A DNA stretch of 64,000 nt from Eledone cirrhosa (taxonomy: Eukaryota). Numbering within the stretch: position 1 is the stretch's first letter; every line of letters begins with the position of its first letter. Position numbers and translations under genes: made by a program. Below the pieces are notes generated by a model. The model was not told the DNA's origin, did no database searches, and saw only the letters and a list, made by a program, of their open reading frames with translations. The stretch spans positions 54,312,001 to 54,376,000 of the forward strand of contig OZ024740.1 in NCBI GenBank assembly GCA_964016885.1, given 5' to 3'. This document shows positions 30,236-44,745 of this stretch, piece by piece.

Positions 30236-30496
30236 GAAAAGAAATCGAAAATGCAACTGGAGTCTTTTTAAACATATTTATTTATTGAGATGGAGAGTTT
30301 GTGGTTTGGCAGATGCGAGCGAAACCACAAAACCCTCCATCTCAAATTTACTTTTGAAAAACATAAGAACTGTGAAACAAGTGAAGGAAATAAATGAATA
30401 TTCTTAAAAAGACTCTAGTTGCATTTTCGATTTCTTTTCCCTATACTTTCAACCGTGTAGGGCATCTCACTTTTTTTATAAACAAAACCCCATTTT

Positions 30497-30500
<4 letters not shown>
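30233..30500. mobile_element. Diverged family C fold-back copy
   Basis: GAAATCGAAAATGCAACTGGAGTC pairs with GACTCTAGTTGCATTTTCGATTTC; decayed HHR at ~30350-30388. Confidence 0.8.
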
Positions 30501-30559
<59 letters not shown>

Positions 30560-30799
30560 CGATCTCGAGAAAAATGTGGAGAAACCACAGTTAAAAAGGT
30601 ACTCACTACATAAGTAGCATGTAAGTATAAATATTTAAAATGGAAATGGCCTCCTTAGGACTTGCACCGTTTCATTTCTATGAAAACATCAGGTATAGAA
30701 TCCTGATGATTTCAAAAGTATGTAACAATTCTAGTCATCTAGAAACTATATAATAATAGAAGCAATCCAGCGATTAATAACAAAGATATAGAAGCCATG

Positions 30800-31290
30800 T
30801 TAGGCTTTTTTTATTGGGGTCGACTAGAGAAACTCAAACTCTACTCCCTCCAATGCCGTCGTGAGCGCTATTGTCATGTGTATGATGTGGAATATATACC
30901 AACAATATTAACCAAATGATGTTGGAATCAATTTTAAAATGCGTCCAAGATTTGGTCCTCGTGCTGTCCTCCCATTACATAAATCAAACTCGCAAAACAA
31001 TATTACGACACAACTAGTTCACCTCAACCGGCTCAGCTCTCTTTAATGTCATACCAAATTAAAGATCCCATGAATTTCAAACATTACCTAGACAAATTTT
31101 TTCAAGAAATGAAGTACAACCCTCCCTGCACCTGGATATGACTCTGAAAACAATAATTCTTTACTAGAGTGGGCAATGGTGTCCAAAATCTTACTGATGT
31201 GCGGAATATGATCTAAAAGACTCCATCAGGTGGTGCTCTTAAATTAGACATGGTCTCGGCAAATACTGGCCGAAACCTATCAAACTTAGA
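30800..31290 (+). pseudogene. CR1-like LINE 3' fragment (post-RT region and UTR)
   Basis: YWGRLEKLKLYSLQCRRERY...PNDVGINFKMRPRFGPRA, with frameshifts. Confidence 0.8.
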
Positions 31291-31345
31291 TTAGTTATAC
31301 ATACATATATATATATATACAAACACACAGACATACACGCACATT

Positions 31346-31438
<93 letters not shown>

Positions 31439-31517
31439 TTATATATATATGTATGTATATATACATATGTATATATCTATATTTATTTATATACATATAT
31501 ATATATATATATACATA

Positions 31518-31553
<36 letters not shown>

Positions 31554-31716
31554 CATATATATCAATTCGATGCATACAAATGCACATGCATACACATACA
31601 AATGTACAAAGAACCACACGTATACACATATATATATGTGTATATATATATACATATGTATAAATATATATATACGTATGTATAAATGTATGCATAAATG
31701 TATGTTTATTATAGGC

Positions 31717-31783
<67 letters not shown>

Positions 31784-31931
31784 AAATATATATATACAAA
31801 TATATATATACATATATATATATATACATATATATACATACACATATATATATATATATATATAATATATCCCTATATAGATACATGCCAGTATATATGT
31901 ATATATATATATATATAGTTACACCGCCTGG

Positions 31932-32074
<143 letters not shown>

Positions 32075-32232
32075 TTAGGTAAACCTGATGATTTCTCCCG
32101 TATGAAACATTTCTAGTCCTATAGAAGCCATATCTATATAAAATATTTATACTCTACTATATGTATTAAGTACCTTACTTACAGTGTTTGAAGCCGGGAT
32201 AATATATATATTAACATACACACACACACACA

Positions 32233-32312
<80 letters not shown>

Positions 32313-32317
<5 letters not shown>

Positions 32318-32670
32318 AAAAAAGATGAAATCGAAAATGCAACTGGAGTCTTAATTTTTTTAAAATATATATATTTATTTGGTTCCTTTACCGGTTTCTC
32401 AGTTCTTCTGCTTTTCAAAAGTAGAGTTGAGATGGAGGGTCTATAGTTTTTCTCACATCTGTGAGAAAAACCACAGACCCTCCATCTCAACTCTACTTTT
32501 GAAAAGCAGAAGAACTGCGAAACCGGTAAAGGAACCAAATAAGTATATATATTTTTAAAAAAATAAGACTCCAGTAGCATTTTCGATTTCATCCTCTTTT
32601 TCATTATACTTTCACTCGTGTAGGACACCTCGGTTATTTTTCATTTTGTAAAAAAAACCTCACTTTCTAA
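32313..32670. mobile_element. Family C fold-back element with an HHR on each strand
   Basis: ~140-bp arms meet at CTCACA-tc-TGTGAG (~32457). HHRs at 32385-32421 (-) and 32496-32532 (+); flanked by (TA)n. Another partial inverted copy lies at 33229-33460. Confidence 0.9.
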
Positions 32671-32672
32671 TA

Positions 32673-32764
<92 letters not shown>

Positions 32765-33079
32765 TAATACATCTACCAACATATGCGTACAGATGTACAC
32801 TAATACTAGTAAATATATAAGTTGTGTCAAAGTACCTAGGTGGTTCAATGCAGGGGGATGCAGACCAATTATGTGAAATGCGTAAAATAACAAAATTTTA
32901 AAAATTAAAAATTAACTTACTAATATATATATATATATATATGTATATAACGAAGGAAGTGGGGGAAGGAATTTGGTGGTCCATAACACACCAGAGTACT
33001 CAATACATATGGTAATAGAGTGGGTAATAGGAAAATAGCCGTCGTAACGGCTTGAGCTCTGCCGTCGTGTTCTTGAACA

Positions 33080-33204
<125 letters not shown>

Positions 33205-33455
33205 TATATATATATATATATATATATGTTAGAAAGTGGTTTTTTTTTTACAAAATGAAAAATAACCGAGGTGTCCTACACGAGTGAAAGTATAAAGAAA
33301 AAAGATGAAATCGAAAATGCAACTCGAGTCTTATTTAAAAAAATAATATATATTTATTTGGTTCCTTTAACGAAACCGGTAAAGGAACCAAATAAATATA
33401 TATATTTAAAAAAAAAAAAACTCCAGTTACATATTCGATCTGATCGTTTTTTCTT

Positions 33456-33489
<34 letters not shown>

Positions 33490-33581
33490 ATGTATCTATT
33501 TATCTATATATATATATATATATATAAATATATTTATTAATTTATTTATTTATATATATATATGTATATATATACATATGT

Positions 33582-33654
<73 letters not shown>

Positions 33655-33684
33655 GATATATATATATACATATAAATACACATG

Positions 33685-33726
<42 letters not shown>

Positions 33727-33890
33727 TACATAGATACATTATATATATATATATAAATATTGAGATGATATGATAAAGACGAGGGATAGTATCCCTTACA
33801 AATCTACAATGAACACTAATTGCGTGCAGCAATCATATGTATGTATATACAAATATGTATTTCTATATATAAGAATATAAATATATATGT

Positions 33891-33992
<102 letters not shown>

Positions 33993-34035
33993 ATGTATGT
34001 ATGTATGTATGAATGTATGAATGTATGTATGTACG

Positions 34036-34068
<33 letters not shown>

Positions 34069-34160
34069 GTGTGTGTGTGTGTGTGTCTGTGTGTACGTGT
34101 GTTTATAATATCTATATATACTGACTGATAGAAAAAGAGATAGATAAAAATATCTACACG

Positions 34161-34196
<36 letters not shown>

Positions 34197-34228
34197 GATA
34201 GATAGATAGATATAATTAATTATATATA

Positions 34229-34304
<76 letters not shown>

Positions 34305-34440
34305 AAAAAGTCGTCTTAAACGGCTTGAGTTCTGCCGTCGAGGTCATACTTTTTCCTATTTCCCACTCTACTACCCTACGTATTGAGTACTCTAGTGCGC
34401 TATGGTCCATTTGGTTCCATACCACAATTCTTTTGTTATA

Positions 34441-34529
<89 letters not shown>

Positions 34530-35141
34530 TTATATATATACATACATATATATATGTACACACATATATATGTATACATATATATATATATCCTATGAAA
34601 ATATCACCACACTCTTGTTTCCCCTTGCAGAGACGTACGCACTCGCACGCACACATGCATACTCAAATATGTATGTATATCAAATCACATGTTAAAACAT
34701 ATCTGAGGACAGTGATACTGAGAAATCAAAATTTACCGTGATGATAATAAAGCTTCATTCATAGAAATTCGAATAAGAATATTAATTACGTAATTAATAC
34801 ATCATGTTAATTTCTAAAGTAAATATATCTCTGCAAATGAGACTGTAGTTCCATGAATATATTAGCAAAAACACATTTAAAAAATATATTATATATATAT
34901 ATATATTGTCATCTGTATATTTGGCATATTTTGTGATATAAATTGTTTTCAAATTTGTGTAAAAAAATTATATTATATAATCTTATTCACCTTAGGTTAT
35001 TAACTTAATTTCAAATCTTTGCCTACGCTCTATAAATATATGCAAATATAATTTTGTGGAATGCATCAAAATTAATATCATTTTCTTAGAAGACGACAAT
35101 ATAATGCCACGTCAGAATGGATGTTCTGCGTTTTATCATGT

Positions 35142-35173
<32 letters not shown>

Positions 35174-35198
35174 TTATATATATATATATATATACATG

Positions 35199-35264
<66 letters not shown>

Positions 35265-35274
35265 TATATACATG

Positions 35275-35313
<39 letters not shown>

Positions 35314-35316
<3 letters not shown>

Positions 35317-35521
35317 ACGGAGGAAATGTGGTAAGGAACCAGGTGGACCATAACGCACCAAAGTACTCAATCCTTAGAGTAGTAGAGTGGGTAATAGGAC
35401 ACGAGTAGGACCCCGACGGCTGAGCTCAAGCCGTTTCGACGGCTAATTCTGGACTAAATTTAGTCCAGAATTAGCCGTCGAAACGGCTTGAGCTCAGCCG
35501 TCGGGGGCCTACTCGTTCCTA
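35314..35521. mobile_element. Family B fold-back copy (best preserved)
   Basis: Spacerless centre GGACTAAA|TTTAGTCC (35458/35459), followed by GAA-ACGGCT-tgagctc-AGCCGT-C. Confidence 0.9.
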
Positions 35522-35806
35522 TATATATATATACATGTATATTTATGTATATATGTATATATATATATATATATATATAAATATATATATTCATCTATAT
35601 ATATATATATACACATTTATTTATGTATAAAATATCTGAATAAATATTATATATGCATTTATCTATCTATGTACATGTACATATACGCAAACACAAAGAC
35701 ACACATGTTTATATATATATAAGTGTGTATATATATAAGTATATAAATATATATATATCAAATATATATCTATTTTACATATACATATATACACACACAC
35801 ACACAC

Positions 35807-35844
<38 letters not shown>

Positions 35845-35867
35845 ATGTATATGTATATATATATATA

Positions 35868-35960
<93 letters not shown>

Positions 35961-36608
35961 AAGAGAACCAAGGTTATCGAAATAATTCCATATCCTTACT
36001 AAACAGGTGATAATTGTACATGCATATGTAAACAAGATGTCGATCAAAACCAGTTCATTATCAATTATTTATAGAAAACACAATAAATGAATACCAGCAT
36101 ATCATCAGGAATTATGAAAATGTATTGAATTCAACAAGATATATATTTCGGGCGTAACAGCATTACCTAATATGGAACATAGGTAAACATTTGAAGAAAA
36201 CATGTTAAAGGGGAAAAGGATGTGTTTATAGGCTGAGGTAAAAACCAGTACATCAATCTTTCATATAATTGTTAGAGGAATCTTCATCACCCCTCTTTTA
36301 GGGAGAAAAGACTTAGTAGCTTAACCTCATTAGACCTGTGTACATGGAACATAAAAGCGCCTAATATAGAATACTCATTTAATAGGAAAGATCTAAAGAT
36401 CCAACAACCGTACCAGCATGGAAACCAAAGGTGTAATCTGTGCCTCAGAAAATGCCTTTCTATTTTAATATCTAACTCTTTTATCCTAAACAGAAAACCT
36501 GAGTTTCTTTCTACCAGTTTACATAATAATTCCCAATCTTTTTACTATAATAAATATTAATTTAGTATTGCTCACTAAACTTTAACTCCATAAGTGTGTA
36601 AATTATTA

Positions 36609-36905
36609 ATAATAAAATTTAACTGAAATTTCGCTAGTTTTAATGTATAGATCTTCCGGCGTCTTAAACAGTTTCTAACTCAAACACTGTAATATGACTT
36701 ATTAGTATAACAAATGCGAATATTTTCCATTCAACGCTAACTAATTTAAACGTAGATCTCTAAACTTTTACCACATAATTGCCTAACATTTTAGTAATAA
36801 AAGTTAACTAAAACCTTGCTAATTTTAATCTGTAGATCGCCCGGCATCTTTAACTTTTTCTAACCCAAACAGTCTAATATAAAGATTATTATCATAATAA
36901 ATGCC
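36609..36905. repeat. Diverged tandem duplication, period ~185 bp
   Basis: GCTAGTTTTAATGTATAGATCTTCCGGCGTCTT vs GCTAATTTTAATCTGTAGATCGCCCGGCATCTT. Confidence 0.75.
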
Positions 36906-36983
36906 GTCCATGTCCAATAAATATTAACTATTTCACACAACACCTCTTTACAATGATAAATCAGTAATACCATATTTGCATTC

Positions 36984-37051
<68 letters not shown>

Positions 37052-37088
37052 CAGAAGTTACAATCAAATGGTGATTAAAATATTTAAT

Positions 37089-37135
37089 AGCTTACGATCG
37101 TTTCATCCAGTATAAAGTCTGATATCCTCAGAGCC
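37089..37135 (-). ncRNA. Minimal hammerhead ribozyme with canonical core
   Basis: Minus strand reads GGCT-CTGAGGA-taTCAG-loop-CTGGat-GAA-ACGATCGT-A-AGCT; palindromic stem III and GUA site. Confidence 0.75.
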
Positions 37136-37266
37136 TACTAAGTTTAAAACAATGTTAAGCCAATTCACTTGATCATTGTTGTATTTCTGCTCTGTATTGT
37201 AATGGATATCTTACATTGTGTTACTTTCCTACTAGTAATCGGGTAACATATAATATTACCCTTATA

Positions 37267-37440
37267 ATTGGCACTATCAGTAGAGGGCGCCATGCTTTCT
37301 AGCATAGTTACGTCCATTTACGGTTTGAGTTCAAATCCCGTCGAGGTTAACTTTGCCTTTCATCCTTACGGGGTCGATACAATAAAGTACCAGTAATGTA
37401 CTGGGTAATTGCTGGCCTTGTGCCAAAAGTAGAAACAATT
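37267..37440 (+). mobile_element. tRNA-derived SINE
   Basis: TGGCACTATCAG...GAGTTCAAATCC...AGTAGAAACAATT. Confidence 0.9.
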
Positions 37441-38147
37441 ATAATTATATATATATATATACGCATATAATCATAATTATATATATATGTATATATATAA
37501 TTATGATTATAAAATATGATGTGCTAAAGCGCATAAATGCTACAACATATAAAGTTATAAGATAGGGTGAAGACCCTTAAAAGACGGAAAAAGAAGTTGC
37601 TATCAGCCGCTTTGATATTATATATATATATGTGTGTGTGTGTGTGTCTGTGTGTCCGTGTTTGTGTGTGTGCGTGTGTTTACACATCTGAGCACAACTT
37701 TACATATGTCATTGTAAGCATATAATTGTTCATTAAACAAATCCCTAAACCAACATCACTAACGACACGGGAATCTTTAACCTTTAATTCATTAAGTAAC
37801 ATCATTATAACTAGACACGTTCTAACACAGGGAAAAACTATACAGGCCCCTTCACATCGCAAAACTCTGGTCGGTTTAATTAAACCGCTTCTCGGATTTA
37901 AATTTGCCGCGTTAAAACGGAATGCTAAACTGATGTTGTCAACTAGTATTATGCCATCTGATTATTGGGGGGTGGATCCCGTCTAATAATAAGTATCTTT
38001 TTGCATATTACTTATTCATTAATGTGAAATATAATTATTGTTGTGCCCTCTGAACTATTTTTTCTTTTTTTCTTTTTTACTCTTCTCTCCATTTATATTG
38101 TTTAACTACCAACAATGAACATTCCCCTAACAATTCTATGAAATAAT

Positions 38148-38282
38148 AATTGTTTCTACTTTTGGCACAAGGCCAGCAATTTCCATTACATTACTGGTAC
38201 TTTATTTTATCGACTCCCGTAAGGATGAAAGGCAAAGTTAACCTCGGCGGGATTTGAACTCAGAGCGTAAAGGGAGGTAACT
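38148..38282 (-). mobile_element. tRNA-derived SINE, 5'-truncated
   Basis: Matches the family consensus seen elsewhere in the window. Confidence 0.9.
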
Positions 38283-38911
38283 TGCCTATGTTCAACATTT
38301 GATACTGCTTGTATTCTTGAAATATATATCTCGTTAAATTCAATCCCTTTTGATAGTTCTGATGATATGCGCACGTTTATGTATTGTATAAATAATTGTA
38401 TATTATCTTTTTCCGATTGATTAGAAGTTTGCAGAAACATATGTGCATATCACGTGTATAGAATCGATAGTAGATATTAAAAAAGTGGATTTAATTTCAT
38501 ATAGTTGGTACTCTTCATTTTAAATATTTATGCTCTTCTACCGTCACTGTCCTCAACAGCAAGAACTTTACACTTCAGAAGATTATTTCGTTGGTTTTGA
38601 ATTTCTAATATGCTGTGGAGTTTTAGTATGCATTGCGCTTTTCTCACCTTACCAGAAATAATATTATAATCACTTACATACATGTGTATATAGATATACA
38701 TATATAAACATACATGCTCCATTAAAATAACTTACACACATATGTATATATGCATGCATATAGATATACATATATAACCGTACGTATATACACATACATA
38801 TGCATATAAATATATGCATACACACACACATACACACGCACACACACGGACACAGACACAGACACAGACACACACAGACACACAGACACACACAGATACA
38901 CAGACACACAG

Positions 38912-39006
<95 letters not shown>

Positions 39007-39329
39007 TATATACTTATTTAGATGTATATATTTCTTTGTGCAAATACACGCATATACGCACACAGTTATATGCACACTTATCATAGTGTCTAATGCAACT
39101 ACTAACATAAATACCAGATTCATAATAAATTGATCATATAAGATAAATCGAATATATTTTACATTATTGCTTTCTTCCTCCCAATGCGATAAAATATATT
39201 TTAGATAATAGGTAGAGAAAAAGAAACACTTAAATAAGGAAAGTGTAAATATATATATTCGTAAAAGTAAACGTGAAAAAAAAAGAAAAATTAATTCAAA
39301 TACTGATTCCAACAAATTCCTCGATTAAC

Positions 39330-40250
39330 TGCTATAAAGGATTGACTTGTTTATAGAATACATGTTATACATTGGTTTCCGATAATAACTGAATGTAAAT
39401 TATACCTATATATATTTTAACAACGTTAAATAGAATTGGCTTATTTGCAATATCAGAACATTTATGAAGGTCAAATATATAGGAAGCCATAAAGCCAACT
39501 TTGCTATCAGGATAAATGTTTGATATTGATCGAAACCCTACCCACGTCGCTCTGCGTGTTGAGATAAGCAGAATGATCTGCCTTCAGTTACACCTTCCCA
39601 TATAAAGAAAAATAAAATAGATCGTGGCCAAGATGCGACACTACGCTCAATTATTTCTTCGACGATATTGACTCAAAACATTTCTTCATTTTGGTACGTT
39701 TAGCAATAATAGGAAAATAAGGAAATATAATGTTATGTCCGAAAATAGTACTAAGCAAGGCGGTATAGAAGTTACAGCTCGCCCCATTCGCAATATTCGT
39801 AGCCTATTTACAACGATATATCGTCAAGATTCTAACCCTAATATCCAACAGAAATTGTAGCTGTAGAAAACCTTCGACCTACTTAACGGTAATTGTCTAA
39901 CTGAAAACTAAGTTTCTTAATGTACTATATCAGCAGATATAGAATTAAATTTTGATAAGGTATGCATCATCACTCTTTTAATCAGAAGAAAAAGCTAAGT
40001 AGCTCAACCTCATTGGCCCCTTACATATGGGACCTGAAAGAGGCCAATATAGAATATTCCTTTAAATGGGAAGTTCTTAAAATTGCCGTTATAAGGATAA
40101 TCGACACACATTGTAAAGGTATTTGTATAAAGATCATTACAATACATAGACACATTAATATAAATCTAACTTAATTATGTACTAAATCAAAACAAACCCT
40201 AGTCGTTCGCAAATGTCCACAAATGGGCGGGGTATTCTAACCGCTTAGAA
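39330..40250 (+). pseudogene. Heavily decayed PLE (second subgroup), linker/GIY-YIG C-terminus
   Basis: NCSCRKP..LNGNCL, then HHHSFNQKKK.SSTSLAPYIWDLKEANIEYSFKWEVL (resembles H..SF....STELSK.IW.LK.....I.W.IL). Confidence 0.7.
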
Positions 40251-40279
40251 ACGTCCGTAGCGATGTATAAATAAACAAT

Positions 40280-40689
40280 AATTGTTTCTACTTTATGTAT
40301 AAATAAACAATAATTGTTTCTACTTTAGGCACAAGGCCAGCAATTTACCAGTGCATTACTGGTACTTTATTTTATCGACCCCGTAAGGATGAGAAGGCAA
40401 AGTCAACCTCGGCGGGATTTGAACGTAAGGGGACGTAACTATGGTGGAAAGCATGACGTCCGACCCACTACCGATACTGACAATCCATCGCAATAATGAA
40501 TAATTGTTTCTACTTTTGGCACAAGGCCAGCAATTATCCAGTGTATTACTGGAACTTTATTTTATCGACACCGTAAGGATGAAAGGCAAAGTTAACCTCG
40601 GCGGGATTTGAACTCAGAATGGCAAGGACCGTAACTCAATGCGTCAAAGCATGGCGTCTGACCCTCTACCGATACTGCCAATCCACCGC
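40280..40689 (-). mobile_element. Two tandem SINEs plus a short duplicated tail
   Basis: Copies at 40311-40491 and 40502-40689; CAATAATGAATAAT is duplicated around the second. Confidence 0.9.
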
Positions 40690-41499
40690 AATAATGAATA
40701 ATGATACTATTCTTGGTTTTATTGAATCTTGAATTATACTCACACATACATATGTATGTGTGTGTGTGTGTGTTTGTGCGTTTGAGTGAGTGTGTGTGTG
40801 TGAGTAGTGTGTGTGTGTGTATGTGAGGGTGTGTGTATGTGTGTGTGTTTTAGTGAGTGTGTGTGTGTGAGTGAGCGTGTCTGTGTATGTGAGGGTGTTT
40901 GTATGTGTGTATATCTGTTTAAATATACGTGTTTGTGCAGATGAATAGTTTGGTGGGTTCGTAAATTCAGTGTATGTACATATTGATATTTATTTAAACT
41001 GTAAACGTAGCACACTGAACTCAGTTGAATAGCAGCTAAATTGTTTATTCTTTATTAGGGTCTTAAACTTTGCACTAACTTACTTATATTTAATTACATT
41101 AATACTATGATGCAATAACGAAATATGTTCCAGTATTCGTTGCGTATGTGGACTAAGGCAAATTACACTGTATATCCCTAATTCATAATTGTAATGATGT
41201 ACGCGGCCATATATGTGTTAATGTATACATGTGAACACCATTTTGTTTATTTAATCCATAGTAAGAATCTATTCGGCCGTATAAACACCTCACTAAACCA
41301 ACACCACTAATGACACGTTAATTATGTAAAATAATTATACGCTCTAACGCAAGGCAAAAATTAACCAGGCTACTTTACGACTCAAAACATCGCTACATTA
41401 AGTTACATCACAAGTCAGCAACCTTCGATTCCACAGCGACTAAATTATGCGAATATGTCATATACATCCAAACCGCGAGTTAGCCGCGCGTGTCGGAAA

Positions 41500-42560
41500 A
41501 CCTCGTCTCGCTAGCGGTAGTTCTATCAATAGCTAATGACCTGAGGTCGTTGAGAAAGTGACCTGGCTTCCAGGAGGACGCTAGGCCACGAACAGTATGC
41601 ATCCTACTCTTTTCTAACCATGTTGACTGGTTAGTTAAGAAGAATGAGTGGTCTACTTACTTTTCTGGAGCTGTTAGAAATTAGGTAGTTCAACCTTCAC
41701 ATTTCGTCGGGAATTGCTCATGGAAACCCTTCAATATTCTGCTGGTTGCTCTTATATTTAGGGTTCCCCCGTCATGCGGGTGGATTATCTCAATGAGATT
41801 ATATGTCTCTGGTGCGATTCACACTATCATCAATGTGTTTTGGCACTTTGAAGGGTCTTGTGGCAAGATCTTTTCCCCTCTTTCAATCACTCTACTTCGT
41901 GCTCTGATCGGCATCATTTCTTGGTAGGCCCTTCTTACTAGCACTAAGTTTGGTGTCTCTGTGGTTGGTTGTTTATTTTATGTGTTTTAATACTGGTTGA
42001 GGCTGGTTGTAGTTGTTGTACGGTTGAAAGTGGTACCGATGGTGGTTGTGTTATCAATCGGGTGTGTTGTTTCAGATGTGTTTGTTAATGCTGGAGTTGT
42101 AATATGTTTGTGGCATTGTGTGTGTGTTTAGTATGGGTGGAGAGAGAGAGTGAGCAGCCGAGCCTTCTTTACGTACACCCTTCGTGGTTTTGCTGGAGTT
42201 TGCAGCTCTTTAGTTGCTACTGTTGTTGGTAATGTCCGTTTTGATGTTTCTGTAGTTGCTGTAGTTGCTGCTTCTATTGTCGATGTTGTTTTTGCTGCTG
42301 TTGCTGCTATCGCTGCAGTTTTTTTATTTTGCTGTTGCGAATTTGGTGCTGTTGTTGTTTTTGTTCTCCAATGCTGTTATTGATACAGTTTGAGGCCACC
42401 TAGTCTTGTGTTGAGGGAAGGAATCCCTCCACTAAAATATGCAAGTCCACTCCTCTTGAAAGGCGAATCAGCTCTGGTATCTTGTGGATCACGTCTGGTT
42501 TGATGTGGTGTAGTGCCTCCACAGTGATCCCCAAACAGTTCTCCCCACGAAAATAATTAT
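41500..42560 (-). mobile_element. Possible 5' region of an RLE-type (R4-like) non-LTR element
   Basis: Higher-GC, CAA-rich minus strand with broken frames; only weak motif resemblance (RLNYLI...LEARSLSQR). Confidence 0.3.
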
Positions 42561-43004
42561 CATAAGCCACCGACATAAATAAGGTCCAATTAACTTGTTC
42601 TATATATTATCAATGAAAGACAAATCAAATCAGAGCACGATTTGATCTCAAAACTTTGAGGAAGGTGACTAAACACAGCTGTGTAAGAGAGTGACTGTTC
42701 TGTAAACATCCATTTGGCCCCTTTTATGTATTTGAGCAATAGATAGAGAACCCGAATTCTCTACTTGCTTGGTATGTATTTGGTTTCTGTGGGGAAAACG
42801 CACAAAGAGTTGCCATAAATGTAGCAAAACCTTCTATCTTATGATCTTATGATCTTATGGCGAAGCCAATTCCATATAAAATGATTAATTTTGTGAAAAG
42901 TAAATATTTCGATTAGATATAGCTAGCCACGATTACATATTAGATTTATTTTCTTTGTTAATCTGCATATGGTACTTAAATGAACAAGTAAAAATATTAT
43001 GTAT

Positions 43005-43128
43005 AATTGTTTCTACTTTAGGCACAAGGCCAGCAAATTACCCAGTGCATTACTGGTACTTTATTTTATCGACCCCGTAAGGATGAAAGGCAAAGTCAAC
43101 CTCGGCGGGATTTGAACTCAGACCGTAA
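43005..43128 (-). mobile_element. 5'-truncated SINE with TSD
   Basis: TSD AAATATTATGTATAAT at 42992-43007 and 43127-43142. Confidence 0.92.
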
Positions 43129-43659
43129 ATATTATGTATAATGCAGTTTGAACATAAAATATGTGGCTCGGAATGAAGCATAATGAATATGTTTGTATTT
43201 GCGAAAACCAGTTACTAATCCAGATAGCTAAATGTATGTTGTTCACCATTCTACTATCTGAACACAGTTCTATAACTGTCCTCGAGGGTACGGGCTATGA
43301 AGTTTATAACTCTAAATGACTAAAACGGTAACGTAAACACCTCCAGCAATTCAAACAAAAGGAAGGTTGTGAGAATGACCGCAACAATATTTGCAGGGGA
43401 AAAACGTATGTTTGTTCAGTAACATAATACAGGAAAGAGAAGTAAAATTGCGAATAACTAATACAATAGTAATTACAATAATAACTGTATCAAGAGGGTT
43501 ACGTCATTCAACAGCAGCAAGAGGAATACACAAATAAATGAAAATGAATGGAACCAACATGAGCATCAATGAATGTAAATGCAAACTATTGACATATCTG
43601 TCTAATGCAATTCCTTAACATATGGATGCAGTATTGAACAACATATAATTTACAGTTCC

Positions 43660-44085
43660 TTCATTCTTTTCTTTTACCGGTTCAATCACTGGAGTTTATC
43701 AATGGTAGAGTAGAGCAATAAATGCTATTTTATAGATTGTATAGACGCAGTACTATGTCTGGTACTTATTTCATCGCTCTTTTATGATACAAAATACTAT
43801 GTCAATGTTAACGGAAAAGAAGATAAATCGGTCGGACGTAAATACATAAGTGTTTAGATGAAATATGCTGGTTCTCACTATAGGCGTAAAAAATTAATAT
43901 TTATATATACGCATATGTAAACACACACACAAACACATATGATAGGCTTCCACACATTTTCCGTCTACTAAATTTCACTCAAGAGGTATTGGGCAGCTCA
44001 TGGGAATGAGAGATTGCACCTGTTTAAATTGCAACGCTGTGGGCTCGAACAGAGAATCGGCTAGTTTAGAAGCAGAACCATGCGA
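43660..44085 (-). mobile_element. Old octopod-type SINE remnant
   Basis: GGCTTCCACACATTTTCCGTCTACTAAATTTCACTCAAGAGG...GTGGGCTCGAAC (reverse B-box); recalled resemblance to an abundant Octopus repeat, not checked. Confidence 0.55.
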
Positions 44086-44489
44086 ATCTTTGTGTTCTGA
44101 AGAAAATTACGGCGACTTTAAATGCATACGTATATGACTTCGATCATAGTTGGCTGGAAGAAGTACAACTCTCACTCGAATACTTAGCCTTTGTTTCAAT
44201 AACTGTAACATCCATCGTTCGATTCCCGAGGAAGCCCCAAAGTATGGTTGTTTATCAGCCTCAAAAGAATCGTGATAGAGTGGATATGTGCCACGTGTAG
44301 TTGTTTGTAGCAAACCTAATCAAAGGACTTCAGTCACGACTAAATGTCATTTCCTATATCAAGAATCACATTGCTTCCTGCGTCCTATTACAATGTACAG
44401 TTTCTAGCGCACTGAATGAATAGATGTGGCTAACATTTTTATTGCTCTCAATAGTTCATATGTGCACTCAGCTGAAGCCACTACAGTAT

Positions 44490-44745
44490 ATTCCAATATC
44501 TAATGCTCCCAGGCACCATTGCTCACAACGCTCAGGAGAGGACAATAAATACCGGGGCTCGAAAACCGCTTAAAATTTGTACCATTTACATTTGAGACTT
44601 CAGATGTACTCGATCACTGCGCAGCTGATTTCCTTCGTAAAATTGGAAAAGTATCCCTGTGAGATGGTGTGGCTTTACACAGGGTGTCACTCGCCGTTCT
44701 CCGTGGCAATAACTTTGACATATCATTCACGGGGCGCTGCTGAAA
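44490..44745 (+). pseudogene. CRE-like RLE non-LTR retrotransposon C-terminal fragment
   Basis: GTIAHNAQER..KY...KFVPFTFETSDVL...DFLRKIG...HRVSLAVLRGN (the FVP.A.ET.G...QR.S.A.QRGN motif). Confidence 0.75.
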
